32,000 nt of DNA, from the NCBI RefSeq assembly GCF_014280195.1, contig NZ_CP047960.1, positions 1,710,001 to 1,742,000 of the forward strand, in the 5' to 3' direction. The DNA comes from Synechococcus sp. A15-24. GTDB taxonomy: Bacteria > Cyanobacteriota > Cyanobacteriia > PCC-6307 > Cyanobiaceae. The notes under the pieces were generated by a model. It did not search any database. It was given only the letters and a program-made list of their open reading frames with translations, and was not told the DNA's origin. Positions within the stretch are counted from its first letter, which is position 1; every line of letters begins with the position of its first letter. Positions 1-9,010 of the stretch are shown here, one piece after another. The position numbers and the translations under genes are program-made.

Positions 1-101
1 TTCCAGACAAGACGCATGCCAAGCCCCTCGTAAAACGCCACGGCACGGGGCACATCCTGAACGCGGATAGCCACATGACCTAAACGATCAACCGTTGTCA
101 T
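1..101 (-). CDS. VOC/glyoxalase-family protein, N-terminal fragment (gene runs off the left edge)
   Basis: Manual reverse-complement translation from the ATG at 101..99 gives MTTVDRLGHVAIRVQDVPRAVAFYEGLGMRLVW. This resembles the first beta-alpha-beta unit of vicinal-oxygen-chelate proteins. It is absent from the ORF track because it is truncated. Confidence 0.5.
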   Translation of the reverse strand, partial: MTTVDRLGHVAIRVQDVPRAVAFYEGLGMRLVW

Positions 102-150
102 CTGCAGCCGACGTCGATGTGCATTCTGAAGTGTTGGGCTGTCAGACCGC

Positions 151-1152
151 TCAGCCTTGACGCAGCCATTCCGCGGCATCACAGGCGTGATACGTGAGGA
201 TCAGATCCGCACCGGCCCGCTTGAAGCTGAGCAGGGTTTCGAGAACCACGGCGCGCTCCTCGATCCAGCCGCGTTCGGCGGCGGCCTTCACCATCGAATA
301 CTCCCCACTGACGTTATATGCAGCAATGGGAAGCTCCGACTCATCGCGCAGTCGATGAATGATGTCCAGGTAGGCCAAACCCGGCTTCACCATCATGATG
401 TCGGCGCCTTCCTGTTCATCCAGCTGGGCTTCCGTGATGGCTTCCCGGGCATTGGCGGGGTCCATTTGATACGTGTCCTTGTTGGTTGGAATCGGCTTGC
501 TGCTGGCAGCACGGGGGGCCGAATCCAGGGCTTCACGGAATGGCCCGTAATAGGCCGAGGAGTACTTCGCGGTGTAACTGATGATTCCGACGTGCTCGAA
601 CCCTTCGTCGTCCAAGGCCTCACGAATGGCCCCGACACGCCCATCCATCATGTCGCTAGGGCCGATCAGATCAGCACCGGCTTCGGCTTGAACCACAGCC
701 TGTTTACAGAGCAATTCGATCGTCTCGTCGTTGAGGACGACCCCCTCTGCGCTGACGATGCCATCGTGACCATCGCAGGAATAGGGATCTAGTGCCACGT
801 CAGTCATGATCGCCATCCCCGGAACCTCCTGCTTGATCTGACGGATGGCTCTGGGAATCAGGCCATTGGCGTTGAAGCACTCAGCGCCGTCTTCTGTTTT
901 CAAGCCCTCGGAAACCTTGGGGAACAGAACGATGCAACGGACCCCCAGGTCCCAGGCGCGCTGAACTTCTCCGGTCAGGGCCGCCAGACTCCACCTACTC
1001 GCCCCTGGCATGGCACCGATGGGTTCGACGTCGGCGCCCTCATGCACAAACAGTGGATAGATGAAATCCGCTGCAGAAAGCTGATGTTCCCGCACCATGG
1101 CGCGCAGGGCCGGTGTGCGTCGTAAACGACGGGGGCGGTAGGTGAGCTCCAT
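151..1152 (-). CDS. hemB: porphobilinogen synthase (delta-aminolevulinic acid dehydratase)
   Basis: The 333-aa ORF starts MELTYRPRRLRRTPALRAMVRE. It shows full-length ALAD family resemblance, including the Asp-rich metal-site version DVALDPYSCDGHDG (the Mg-type seen in plants and cyanobacteria) and the SGEYSM / ILTYHA regions. Confidence 0.95.
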   Translation of the reverse strand: MELTYRPRRLRRTPALRAMVREHQLSAADFIYPLFVHEGADVEPIGAMPGASRWSLAALTGEVQRAWDLGVRCIVLFPKVSEGLKTEDGAECFNANGLIPRAIRQIKQEVPGMAIMTDVALDPYSCDGHDGIVSAEGVVLNDETIELLCKQAVVQAEAGADLIGPSDMMDGRVGAIREALDDEGFEHVGIISYTAKYSSAYYGPFREALDSAPRAASSKPIPTNKDTYQMDPANAREAITEAQLDEQEGADIMMVKPGLAYLDIIHRLRDESELPIAAYNVSGEYSMVKAAAERGWIEERAVVLETLLSFKRAGADLILTYHACDAAEWLRQG

Positions 1153-1191
1153 CGGGATCTATGTCCAGGCGGCGATCGTACGGCCGAAGCC

Positions 1192-2178
1192 TCAGAGGGC
1201 GGCGGAGCGCAACCAGTCGTGACGTGGATTCTCGGAGCGTTGCTCGCGCAACTTGTTCAGCAACTCCTGTTCGTCTGCAGTCCAGGACGACGGCATCTTC
1301 AAAGCCAGGGTCAACAGCAGATCGCCGCGACGTCCTTTCAGAGGCCAACCCTTTCCTTTCAAGCGCAAACTTCGACCGGGAGCCGTACCAGCTGGAATCG
1401 ACACCTGCGCTTCGCCATCAGGGGTCATCACTGTGACGGTGGCTCCAAGAGCCAACTCATCGAGGCTGACCGGGAGATCCGCCTGGAGCTGCTCTCCATC
1501 CAGCCTCCAGACCGAATGCTCCTTCACATTGAGGTTGAGGTAGAGATCCCCCCGGCGCCCAGTACCAGGCTGCAGATTGCCCTTCCCCTTGAGGCGCAGG
1601 CGCGAACCGTTCTTCACCCCGGCAGGGATGCGTACCTGAACCCGTTCGTTGTTCACCGACAGAGCACGCTCAGTGCCGCGAAAGGCTTCTGCGAATGAAA
1701 TGCTCACGGTTGCTTCTGCATCCAGATTCACTGGAGTGCGAGCTGCTGCATTCCCCCTAGGGAACCCTCCACCAGGAAAACCACCGCCTGGAAAACCACC
1801 ACCAGGGAAGCCGCTGCCCTGAAAGCCACCAGCTCCAGCTGGACCGCCGAACCGACCGAGAAGATCGTTGATGAAATCGTCGAAGTTGCCGTACCGACCG
1901 AAATCCACATCCATGCCCGGCCCCGCTCCACCCGAAGCACCGGCCTGATTCCAGTACTGGCCGAATTGTTCATAACGACGACGCTTGTCGGGGTCCGACA
2001 ACACCTCGTAAGCCTCGCTGATTTCCTTAAAGCGGGCTTCGGCACTGGCATCACCTGGGTTCACATCCGGGTGGTATTGACGGGCAAGTTTGCGGAAAGC
2101 GCGTTTGATCGCATCGGCATCGGCGCTGCGATCAACCCCCAGAACCTGGAAATAATCCTTGTAACCGCTGCCTGCCAT
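1192..2178 (-). CDS. DnaJ-class co-chaperone, type II (J domain, G/F region and C-terminal substrate-binding domains; no zinc finger)
   Basis: The J domain reads [37 protein letters not shown] and contains the HPD motif. It is followed by a Gly/Phe-rich [14 protein letters not shown] region. There are no CxxCxGxG repeats. I start at the ATG at 2178 (MAGSGYKDY), not at the longer ORF start at 2220. Confidence 0.85.
   Translation of the reverse strand: MAGSGYKDYFQVLGVDRSADADAIKRAFRKLARQYHPDVNPGDASAEARFKEISEAYEVLSDPDKRRRYEQFGQYWNQAGASGGAGPGMDVDFGRYGNFDDFINDLLGRFGGPAGAGGFQGSGFPGGGFPGGGFPGGGFPRGNAAARTPVNLDAEATVSISFAEAFRGTERALSVNNERVQVRIPAGVKNGSRLRLKGKGNLQPGTGRRGDLYLNLNVKEHSVWRLDGEQLQADLPVSLDELALGATVTVMTPDGEAQVSIPAGTAPGRSLRLKGKGWPLKGRRGDLLLTLALKMPSSWTADEQELLNKLREQRSENPRHDWLRSAAL
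1760..1819 (-). repeat. coding tandem repeat of about 15 nt (GGFPG units of the DnaJ G/F linker)
   Basis: About four successive 15-nt units of the form ggaaaaccaccNccN are visible on the + strand. They translate to [18 protein letters not shown] on the - strand. Confidence 0.6.
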
Positions 2179-2296
2179 GGTTCCTAACCCGTTTCTGCAG
2201 TGTCTCAAGCCCTGGGACATGCGTGTGGGTTCCCCATGGAGGGAAGCCCGAACGCGATGCCACCACTAGCGTTTTTCAAAGAATGCTCGAAGAGTG

Positions 2297-2701
2297 ATGC
2301 GGTGGAGCCAAGCAGGATCAATCGCAGTGATCGCTCTGGGTCTTGGTGCTGTGAGCCCACCATTCCTCGCCCAGGAATGGACCGGCAACATCAAGCAGCC
2401 ACAACAGGCATCAACCGCCAAGGCGCTCAACCTTTCTGAGCACTTGAGCAAGATTGGTGCACGATTTTTCGGGGCATGGACCTGTCCTGCCTGCGTGCGC
2501 CAGATGGAGCTGTTCGGCAAGCAAGCAGCTGTTCTGGTTCCCTATGTGGAGTGCCGGATGCCGGAGCAACGCCCAAACGAAGCAGCTGCCTGCCGCGAGG
2601 CAGAGGTGCGGGCCTATCCCACCTGGCTGTTGCCAGACGGACAAAGAAAGGAGGGAGTTCAGTCGATCGACGAACTCAGCCGTTGGAGCGGTCTTGACTA
2701 A
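2297..2701 (+). CDS. exported thioredoxin-fold protein resembling the Trx-like domain of cyanobacterial VKOR
   Basis: The N-terminus is hydrophobic (SIAVIALGLGAVSPPFLAQE). It is followed by FGAWTCPACVRQMELFGKQA..VPYVECR...C.EA.V.AYPTWLL. This is the same motif order (WCPxC, ELFG, YVEC, YPTW) as the C-terminal Trx-like domain of Synechococcus VKOR, as I remember it. The ORF-track start at 2294 is GTG; the ATG is at 2297. Confidence 0.55.
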   Translation: MRWSQAGSIAVIALGLGAVSPPFLAQEWTGNIKQPQQASTAKALNLSEHLSKIGARFFGAWTCPACVRQMELFGKQAAVLVPYVECRMPEQRPNEAAACREAEVRAYPTWLLPDGQRKEGVQSIDELSRWSGLD

Positions 2702-2704
2702 GCG

Positions 2705-4384
2705 ATGTCATTGATTCATGGCTTGAACACCCGCAATCTGCGGGGTGACCTGCTTGGGGGGCTGACCGCAGCCGTGGTGGCTTTGCCTCTGGCTCTGGCT
2801 TTCGGCAATGCAGCCCTTGGTCCGGGTGGAGCGATTTACGGCCTTTACGGGGCCATCGTCACGGGATTTGTTGCAGCACTGCTCGGGGGGACCCCGTCCC
2901 AGGTGAGCGGGCCGACTGGGCCCATGAGCGTCACGGTGGCAGGAGTGGTCTCCAGCCTGGCTGCTGTCGGTGTGTCCACAGACCTCTCGGCTGGCGAGAT
3001 GTTGCCGTTGGTGATGGCTGCCGTTGCCATCGGCGGCGTCTTCGAAGCAATGCTCGGCGTACTTCGTCTGGGACGGTTCATCACCCTGGTGCCCTATTCC
3101 GTGGTCTCTGGGTTCATGTCGGGGATTGGCTTCATCATCTTGATCCTGCAACTGGGACCATTCGTTGGTGTGACCACAACGGGGGGAGTCGTCGGATCTC
3201 TGAGCACACTGGCCGAATTGCCGTTGCCGAATCCGGCAGCGATCAGCATCGGCGTGATGACCCTTGCAGTGGTCTTCCTCACACCAGCACGGATTCGCCA
3301 ATGGATGCCATCACCACTGTTGGCCCTGCTCATCGTGACGCCGTTGTCGATGTTGATGTTCAACGACGACCGATTGCAGTCGTTGGGGGTTGAACCGCTC
3401 AACCGCATCGGCGCCATTCCAGAGGGGGGGCTCCGTTTTGTCCTTCCAGACTTCAGTCAACATCTGCCGGAACTGCTCAAAGCAGGGATGGTCCTGGCTT
3501 TGCTTGGAGCGATCGATTCATTATTGACGTCTCTTGTGGCCGACAACATCACCCAGACGAGCCATGACTCCAACCGAGAGCTGATCGGTCAGGGCATCGC
3601 GAACACCGCCTCAGGACTGCTTTCAGGACTGCCTGGTGCTGGAGCCACGATGCGGACGGTGATCAACATCAAGTCGGGAGGAAAGACGCCGCTGTCAGGC
3701 ATGACCCACTCCGTGGTGCTGCTGCTTGTTCTTCTCGGGGCAGGATCCATGGCTGCGGAAATCCCGACAGCCTTACTGGCTGGAATCCTGATCAAGGTGG
3801 GGCTCGACATCATTGACTGGGGCTTCCTGCTCAGGGCCCATCGGCTTTCGGTCAAAACCGCTGCGTTGATGTACGCGGTGATGTTGATGACCGTGTTCTG
3901 GGATCTGATCTGGGGGGTGTTGGTTGGCATGTTCGTCGCCAATCTGCTGACGGTGGATGCCATCACCCAGACCCAGCTGCAGGGGATGGATGAGGACAAT
4001 CCAATCGATGGAGGTGTAGCCCTTGGGAGCGACCTCAGCATGGAAGAACAACGACTGATCCAGTCGTGTGGCAATCAATTGATGCTGTTCCGTCTGAAGG
4101 GGCCCATGAGTTTCGGTGCCGCCAAAGGGATCAGCTCACGCATAGGGCTAGTCAGCAACTGCAGAGTTCTAATCCTCGACATCAGCAACGTCCCCCGAAT
4201 GGGGGTGACCGCAGCACTCGCACTTGAACGCATGGTGGAGGAAGCTCAGGCCCTTGGCAGGTTGACCTTTGTCGCTGGCGCAAATCAGCGGTTACAGGAG
4301 CGGCTGAAAAAATTTGGAATTACTGCACTGATGACAACAAGGCAGGAAGCACTTGAGCGATCTTCAGAATACATCTCAAGGTGA
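2705..4384 (+). CDS. SulP-family inorganic anion transporter with C-terminal STAS domain (sulfate or bicarbonate class not resolvable)
   Basis: The 559-aa ORF is a polytopic membrane protein with an N-terminus typical of SulP (LRGDLLGGLTAAVVALPLALAFG). Its C-terminal soluble region (LMLFRLKGPMSFGAAKG...LILDISNVPRMGVTAALALE) matches the STAS fold pattern. Confidence 0.9.
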   Translation: MSLIHGLNTRNLRGDLLGGLTAAVVALPLALAFGNAALGPGGAIYGLYGAIVTGFVAALLGGTPSQVSGPTGPMSVTVAGVVSSLAAVGVSTDLSAGEMLPLVMAAVAIGGVFEAMLGVLRLGRFITLVPYSVVSGFMSGIGFIILILQLGPFVGVTTTGGVVGSLSTLAELPLPNPAAISIGVMTLAVVFLTPARIRQWMPSPLLALLIVTPLSMLMFNDDRLQSLGVEPLNRIGAIPEGGLRFVLPDFSQHLPELLKAGMVLALLGAIDSLLTSLVADNITQTSHDSNRELIGQGIANTASGLLSGLPGAGATMRTVINIKSGGKTPLSGMTHSVVLLLVLLGAGSMAAEIPTALLAGILIKVGLDIIDWGFLLRAHRLSVKTAALMYAVMLMTVFWDLIWGVLVGMFVANLLTVDAITQTQLQGMDEDNPIDGGVALGSDLSMEEQRLIQSCGNQLMLFRLKGPMSFGAAKGISSRIGLVSNCRVLILDISNVPRMGVTAALALERMVEEAQALGRLTFVAGANQRLQERLKKFGITALMTTRQEALERSSEYISR

Positions 4385-4560
4385 AAGCCAGGACGGAAGC
4401 GCCATTTGTCAAGCAACATCAGCAACTGCACACATCAAGCCCACCCATCACCGGAGCTGGCCAAATGCTGCTATCTAGAGATGGCTTAGTTCGGACGATC
4501 CGATCGAGCTTGGAAGGATGGGCAGTCATCTCCGGAACAAACCCTGCATCGATTTATCAA

Positions 4561-6726
4561 ATGACGATCAGCTCACCTCCTGCCCTCTCATCACTACAGG
4601 GCAATCCACTCGAGCCTCAGGGGACTCACTTTCGTCGATACATAGGCTCCCCTCATCCCTTTGGAAGCACTGTTGAGGCCGATGGGGTTAATTTTTCTCT
4701 TTACAGCAGCAGCGCAACAAGCGTTCAACTGCTTATTTTCTCCAAACCAGACGATCTGGAGCCAGTAAAAGTCATCGATCTGGATGGCAGAGATAATAGA
4801 AGCTTTAACGTATGGCATACCTTCATTGAAGGTGTTAAGCCTGGCATGGGCTATGCCTATCGTGTCGACGGCCCTCGGGAACCTTGGAACGGACAGCGCT
4901 TCGATCCAGAAAAGGTGTTGGTCGATCCATACTCCAAAGGCAATTGCTTAGCGCTATGGGACCGGGGAGCTGCCTGCATGCCAGGCGACAACCTGCACAA
5001 ATCCATGCGCAGTGTCGTCATCGACACCAGCAATTACGACTGGGAGGGTGACGCACCGCTGAAAAAACCAATGGCTGAGACCATTGTTTACGAAATGCAC
5101 GTCGGCGGCTTTACGAAAAGTCCAACAAGCGGTGTCAAGCACCCAGGCACGTATCTTGGACTAATCGAAAAAATACCCTATCTCAAGGAGTTAGGGATAA
5201 CGGCAGTCGAGCTACTACCCGTTTGCAGTTTCGACCATACCGATGTCACCAAAGTCCATGAAGGGCGCAAGCTGGTGAACTATTGGGGCTACAGCACAAT
5301 GGGTTACTTCGCCCCTCACCAAGGATATTGCGTCAGCTCAGATACAAGCCAACATCTCAACGAGTTCCGCGACATGGTAAAAGCCCTGCATCAAGCAGGC
5401 ATCGAAGTCATCCTTGACGTTGTCTACAACCACACTGATGAAGGCAATCATCAAGGGCCAACATTCAGCTTCAAAGGAATCGACAACTCAACATATTATT
5501 ACCTCACTGGTGCAGACGGATCTCGGGAGTTTTATTACGACTACACAGGTTGCGGTAACACCTTTAACTGTAACCACCCTGTTGGAGAAAAGCTGATCAT
5601 CGACTCGCTTCGATTCTGGGTCGAAGAAATGCATGTTGATGGATTCCGTTTTGACGAGGGGTCGGTGTTGAGCCGGGGAGAGGATGGAGCACCACTCGAG
5701 CATCCCCCAGTCGTATGGTCGATTGAACTCGACGACTTACTTGGTCAGTCCAAGGTCATCGCAGAGGCTTGGGACGCCGCAGGCCTTTACCAAATTGGCT
5801 CATTCCCTGGCGCACGCTGGGCCGAATGGAATGGGAAATATCGAGACTGCATTAGGAATTTCATCAAGGGAGAGCCTGGAATCATTGGGGAGGTTGCTGG
5901 AAGAATCACTGGCAGCGCTGATTTGTATCAAGGTCGCCATCACGAACCAACAAACAGCGTCAACTTCGTGACGGCTCACGACGGCTTCACCCTGTATGAC
6001 CTGACTGCTTACAACGAAAAGCACAACTGGGCCAACGGTGAAGGCAACAATGACGGAATCGATGACAACTGCAGCTGGAATTGTGGAGCTGAAGGGGAAA
6101 CAAGTGATCAGTGGATCAATGATTTACGAAAGCGCCAGGTCAAGAATTTTGCGACCATCCATATTTTGTCGATCGGTGTACCAATGATTGTCGCAGGCGA
6201 TGAATTCATGCGCAGTCAAGGTGGAAACAACAACACCTACTGCCACGACAATGAAATCAACTGGTTTGACTGGAATAAGATTCAACAATCAGAGAGCCAG
6301 GAAATGATTCGGTTCTGGTCAATGATCATGGACAAGAGAAAGAGTTACATTGACCATTTCAGGGGAAGATATTTCGAAGGGGGCAGCAACCGTTTTGGTC
6401 TTTACGACGTGTCCTGGCACGGCACAAAATTAAACAGTCCGGGATGGGACGATCCAAATGCATTGTGTCTGGGAATGACTCTTGGCGACACCGCCGAAGA
6501 CACTGATCAAACAAACAATATCCACGTCATGTTCAATATGTATTGGGACGGCGTTGAATTCGAGATACCTCAGGCTCCTGGCCTGAGGTGGTATCGAGCC
6601 ATCGATACCGCTCTTCCAACACCAAATGACATCCAAACTAGAGATCAACAAGTAGCCGTTGATGGCAGCACTTATCTCGTAACTGGAAGAAGCATTGTTG
6701 TTCTCGCTTCGCGAGAAACAAACTGA
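4561..6726 (+). CDS. glgX: glycogen debranching enzyme (isoamylase-type GH13)
   Basis: The four GH13 conserved regions are present: ILDVVYNHT, VDGFRFDEGS, IAEAWD and NFVTAHDGFTLYD. The N-terminal domain (GVNFSLYSSSATSVQLLIF) is like GlgX. I chose the ATG at 4561 (MTISSPP). The ORF track extends to a GTG at 4381. Confidence 0.85.
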   Translation: MTISSPPALSSLQGNPLEPQGTHFRRYIGSPHPFGSTVEADGVNFSLYSSSATSVQLLIFSKPDDLEPVKVIDLDGRDNRSFNVWHTFIEGVKPGMGYAYRVDGPREPWNGQRFDPEKVLVDPYSKGNCLALWDRGAACMPGDNLHKSMRSVVIDTSNYDWEGDAPLKKPMAETIVYEMHVGGFTKSPTSGVKHPGTYLGLIEKIPYLKELGITAVELLPVCSFDHTDVTKVHEGRKLVNYWGYSTMGYFAPHQGYCVSSDTSQHLNEFRDMVKALHQAGIEVILDVVYNHTDEGNHQGPTFSFKGIDNSTYYYLTGADGSREFYYDYTGCGNTFNCNHPVGEKLIIDSLRFWVEEMHVDGFRFDEGSVLSRGEDGAPLEHPPVVWSIELDDLLGQSKVIAEAWDAAGLYQIGSFPGARWAEWNGKYRDCIRNFIKGEPGIIGEVAGRITGSADLYQGRHHEPTNSVNFVTAHDGFTLYDLTAYNEKHNWANGEGNNDGIDDNCSWNCGAEGETSDQWINDLRKRQVKNFATIHILSIGVPMIVAGDEFMRSQGGNNNTYCHDNEINWFDWNKIQQSESQEMIRFWSMIMDKRKSYIDHFRGRYFEGGSNRFGLYDVSWHGTKLNSPGWDDPNALCLGMTLGDTAEDTDQTNNIHVMFNMYWDGVEFEIPQAPGLRWYRAIDTALPTPNDIQTRDQQVAVDGSTYLVTGRSIVVLASRETN

Positions 6727-6780
6727 ATTCTCAGTCAATTCCGCCTCAACAACAATTCCACCATTTCCACATTCCTAGCC

Positions 6781-8940
6781 ATGACATCCAAAAATCAACT
6801 GAACTTTCCCTTCTCAGATCTCGTCGCTGGTTACATTCGCAGCGTCTCCTATCCAGAGATCTTTGACTGCAAGGGGATGGTCGAAGTGGAAACATCCGAT
6901 GGGAGGATGTATACAGTAAAAATAACCGACGCATGTTATGCAGAACTAGTACGTAACTTGGGAGAACCCTTTCAAGTTGCTCCTGACATTAAACAGATCC
7001 TCGTCGAGGATCGCTTTGTGCACGTCTATGGCCTTTTCTACCCCGAAGCAGACAGTCTCAAGTTTGAGGCGAAGCACATGTTGCTCTTCGGACGTGGCAA
7101 AGAAGATCTGCGCTTTGAAGATCAAAACTGGTGGATTCATCAAATCCAACAACTACTGAACTTCTACCTGGAAGCACAGTTCAAGGTGGTTGAAGGTGAA
7201 GCGATTGACTTCAAAAAATTCCGCACCGACCTGAGTGCTGAAGGTAAGAAACAGGATGGTGTTCAGAATCTCGATACGATCTCACGTTTGGTGTACGGCT
7301 TTGCAACGGCCTACATGATCACGGGCGATGAACGTGCTCTGGAAGCTGCCACAAACGGCACTGAGTACATGCAGCGTCACTTCCGCCATCAAAACAAAAG
7401 TGAAGGGATCTGCTACTGGTACAGCCAGATCGACATCCAGGACGATGGCAGCGTTCGCAAGTACATGGGATCGACAGCCGGTGGTGATGAAGGCGGCAAT
7501 GCAATCCCTTGTTATGAGCAGATCTATGCACTGGCCGGGCCAACACAGACATGGCGACTGACGGGTGGAGAGTCCATCCGCCACGACATCGATGACACCA
7601 TTGCATTCCTGAATCGGTACTACAAAGATCACGGTCCCTACGGCGGCTATTACTCCCACGTTGACCCTGTCACCTTCGACGCCAAGGCCGAGTCACTGGG
7701 TGTGAACAAAGCCAAGAAGAACTGGAACTCCGTTGGAGACCATGCTCCGGCATACCTGATCAACCTGTACCTCGCTACGGGAGAAGAAAGCTACGCAAAA
7801 TTCCTGGAAGATACGTTCGACACGATCTGCGATCATTTCCCCGATTACGGCTACAGCCCCTTCATGAACGAGAAGTTCTTTGAAGACTGGACGCACGATC
7901 TGAAATGGGGAATTCACCAAGCACGCTGCGTTGTTGGCCACAACCTGAAAGTGGCGTGGAACCTCACGCGCATGCACAGCCTTAATCCCAAGGAGAGCTA
8001 CAAAACTTTTGCGCACCAGATCGCTGATGCCATTCCTCCGGCCGGTTGCGACAACCAGCGGGGCGGCTGGTACGACATGATGGAGCGGACCTTGAAAGAC
8101 GGGGAAGAGCACTACCGCCGTGTGTGGCACGACCGAAAAGCGTGGTGGCAACAGGAACAGGGCATCCTGGCCTACTACATCATGGCTGGCGTCTACAACG
8201 ACAAGCCCGAATATCTGCGCTTTGCCCGAGAAGGAACAGCTTTCTACAATGGCTGGTTCCTCGACTACGAGTCTGGCGGCATCTACTTCAACGTTCTAGC
8301 CAATGGACAGCCCTATTCCCTTGGTTCTGAACGTGGAAAGGGCAGCCACTCCATGGCTGGTTACCACTCGTTCGAGCTCTGCTTCTTGGCGGCGATCTAC
8401 TCGAACCTGCTAGTCACAAAACAGCCAATGGATTTCTTCTTCCGTCCTGATCCACAGGGTTGGCCTGATAACAAACTGAGGGTTGCACCTGATCTGCTCC
8501 CAGCTGGCAGCGTTGAACTGGCTGAAGTCTGGATCGATGACAAATCTTTCTACGACTTCGACAAGTCAGCCATGATCGTGAATCTTCCTGATTCCGACAA
8601 ACCACTTCGCGTGCGAGTTCGGATTGAACCTGCAGGTCTTGGATTCAGTGCAGATCTGATGAGTTACGAAAACGGTATCGGCCGCTTCGCGCTTGATGGT
8701 GATCTCACAAAATGCAAACTGCCGCTGTTCAAGAAAGAGCTGGAGAAACTAAGCGGTTTGGCAGGTGTCGTTCTTGACATGACCAACCTTAAGACAATTG
8801 ATGATACTGGATGGAACTATCTGTTGTTCACCAAACAACAACGCGGTGCCTCATTCAGCCTTCAATTAACAGGTCTCAACAGTGAAATCAACCAATTACT
8901 GAAAGATGCTGAATTGGACGAAGAGTTCCAAGTAATTTGA
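6781..8940 (+). CDS. AGE-superfamily (N-acylglucosamine 2-epimerase-like, alpha/alpha-6 barrel) protein with an unassigned N-terminal domain and a C-terminal STAS domain
   Basis: Central region motifs are typical of the AGE/cellobiose-epimerase/YihS-type fold: ISRLVYGFATAYMITGDERALEAA..GTEYMQRHF, NQRGGWYDMM....RKAWWQQEQGILAY and ESGGIYFNVL....KGSHSMAGYHSFE. The last roughly 100 aa (GRFALDGDLT...GVVLDMTNLKTIDDTGWNYLL...LQLTGLNSEINQLLK) look like a SpoIIAA/STAS domain. Confidence 0.65.
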   Translation: MTSKNQLNFPFSDLVAGYIRSVSYPEIFDCKGMVEVETSDGRMYTVKITDACYAELVRNLGEPFQVAPDIKQILVEDRFVHVYGLFYPEADSLKFEAKHMLLFGRGKEDLRFEDQNWWIHQIQQLLNFYLEAQFKVVEGEAIDFKKFRTDLSAEGKKQDGVQNLDTISRLVYGFATAYMITGDERALEAATNGTEYMQRHFRHQNKSEGICYWYSQIDIQDDGSVRKYMGSTAGGDEGGNAIPCYEQIYALAGPTQTWRLTGGESIRHDIDDTIAFLNRYYKDHGPYGGYYSHVDPVTFDAKAESLGVNKAKKNWNSVGDHAPAYLINLYLATGEESYAKFLEDTFDTICDHFPDYGYSPFMNEKFFEDWTHDLKWGIHQARCVVGHNLKVAWNLTRMHSLNPKESYKTFAHQIADAIPPAGCDNQRGGWYDMMERTLKDGEEHYRRVWHDRKAWWQQEQGILAYYIMAGVYNDKPEYLRFAREGTAFYNGWFLDYESGGIYFNVLANGQPYSLGSERGKGSHSMAGYHSFELCFLAAIYSNLLVTKQPMDFFFRPDPQGWPDNKLRVAPDLLPAGSVELAEVWIDDKSFYDFDKSAMIVNLPDSDKPLRVRVRIEPAGLGFSADLMSYENGIGRFALDGDLTKCKLPLFKKELEKLSGLAGVVLDMTNLKTIDDTGWNYLLFTKQQRGASFSLQLTGLNSEINQLLKDAELDEEFQVI

Positions 8941-8969
8941 TAGCCATTTTAAATCCACTTAAAAACAAT

Positions 8970-9000
8970 GTGCTGAGTCGAGAGGCTCAGCACTTTTTTT
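8970..9000 (+). terminator. rho-independent terminator
   Basis: The stem is gtgctgag (8970-8977) paired with ctcagcac (8986-8993). It is followed by a run of seven T (8994-9000), 30 nt after the stop at 8940. Confidence 0.7.
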
Positions 9001-9010
9001 AGCCAAAAAC

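Noticed and set aside
157-2187. Many long ORFs antisense to or overlapping hemB and the DnaJ-class gene. Examples are 157..792 +, 393..644 -, 1040..1348 -, 1161..1436 +, 1219..1698 +, 1728..2054 - and 1966..2187 +.
   Set aside because: High-GC DNA is stop-codon-poor in alternate frames. The translations are Arg/Pro/Gly-rich with no family resemblance. Each is fully overlapped by a strongly supported gene.
2708-4078. Minus-strand ORFs inside the SulP gene (2708..3301, 2845..3084, 3094..3417, 3589..4074 and 3773..4078).
   Set aside because: This is the same high-GC antisense artefact, and the SulP reading frame explains the region.
4381-4560. A 60-codon N-terminal extension of glgX, starting at a GTG that overlaps the SulP stop (GTGA).
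   Set aside because: The recognisable GlgX N-domain begins about 30 aa after the ATG at 4561, and the extension has no family features. Translational coupling from the GTG cannot be excluded without proteomic or Ribo-seq data.
7140-7150. An 11-nt match (tcaaatccaac) to the T-arm of the tRNA-Tyr gene, which could be an att-like remnant.
   Set aside because: It is too short, lies inside the AGE-STAS coding frame, is not at a compositional boundary, and is flanked by mismatches on both sides.
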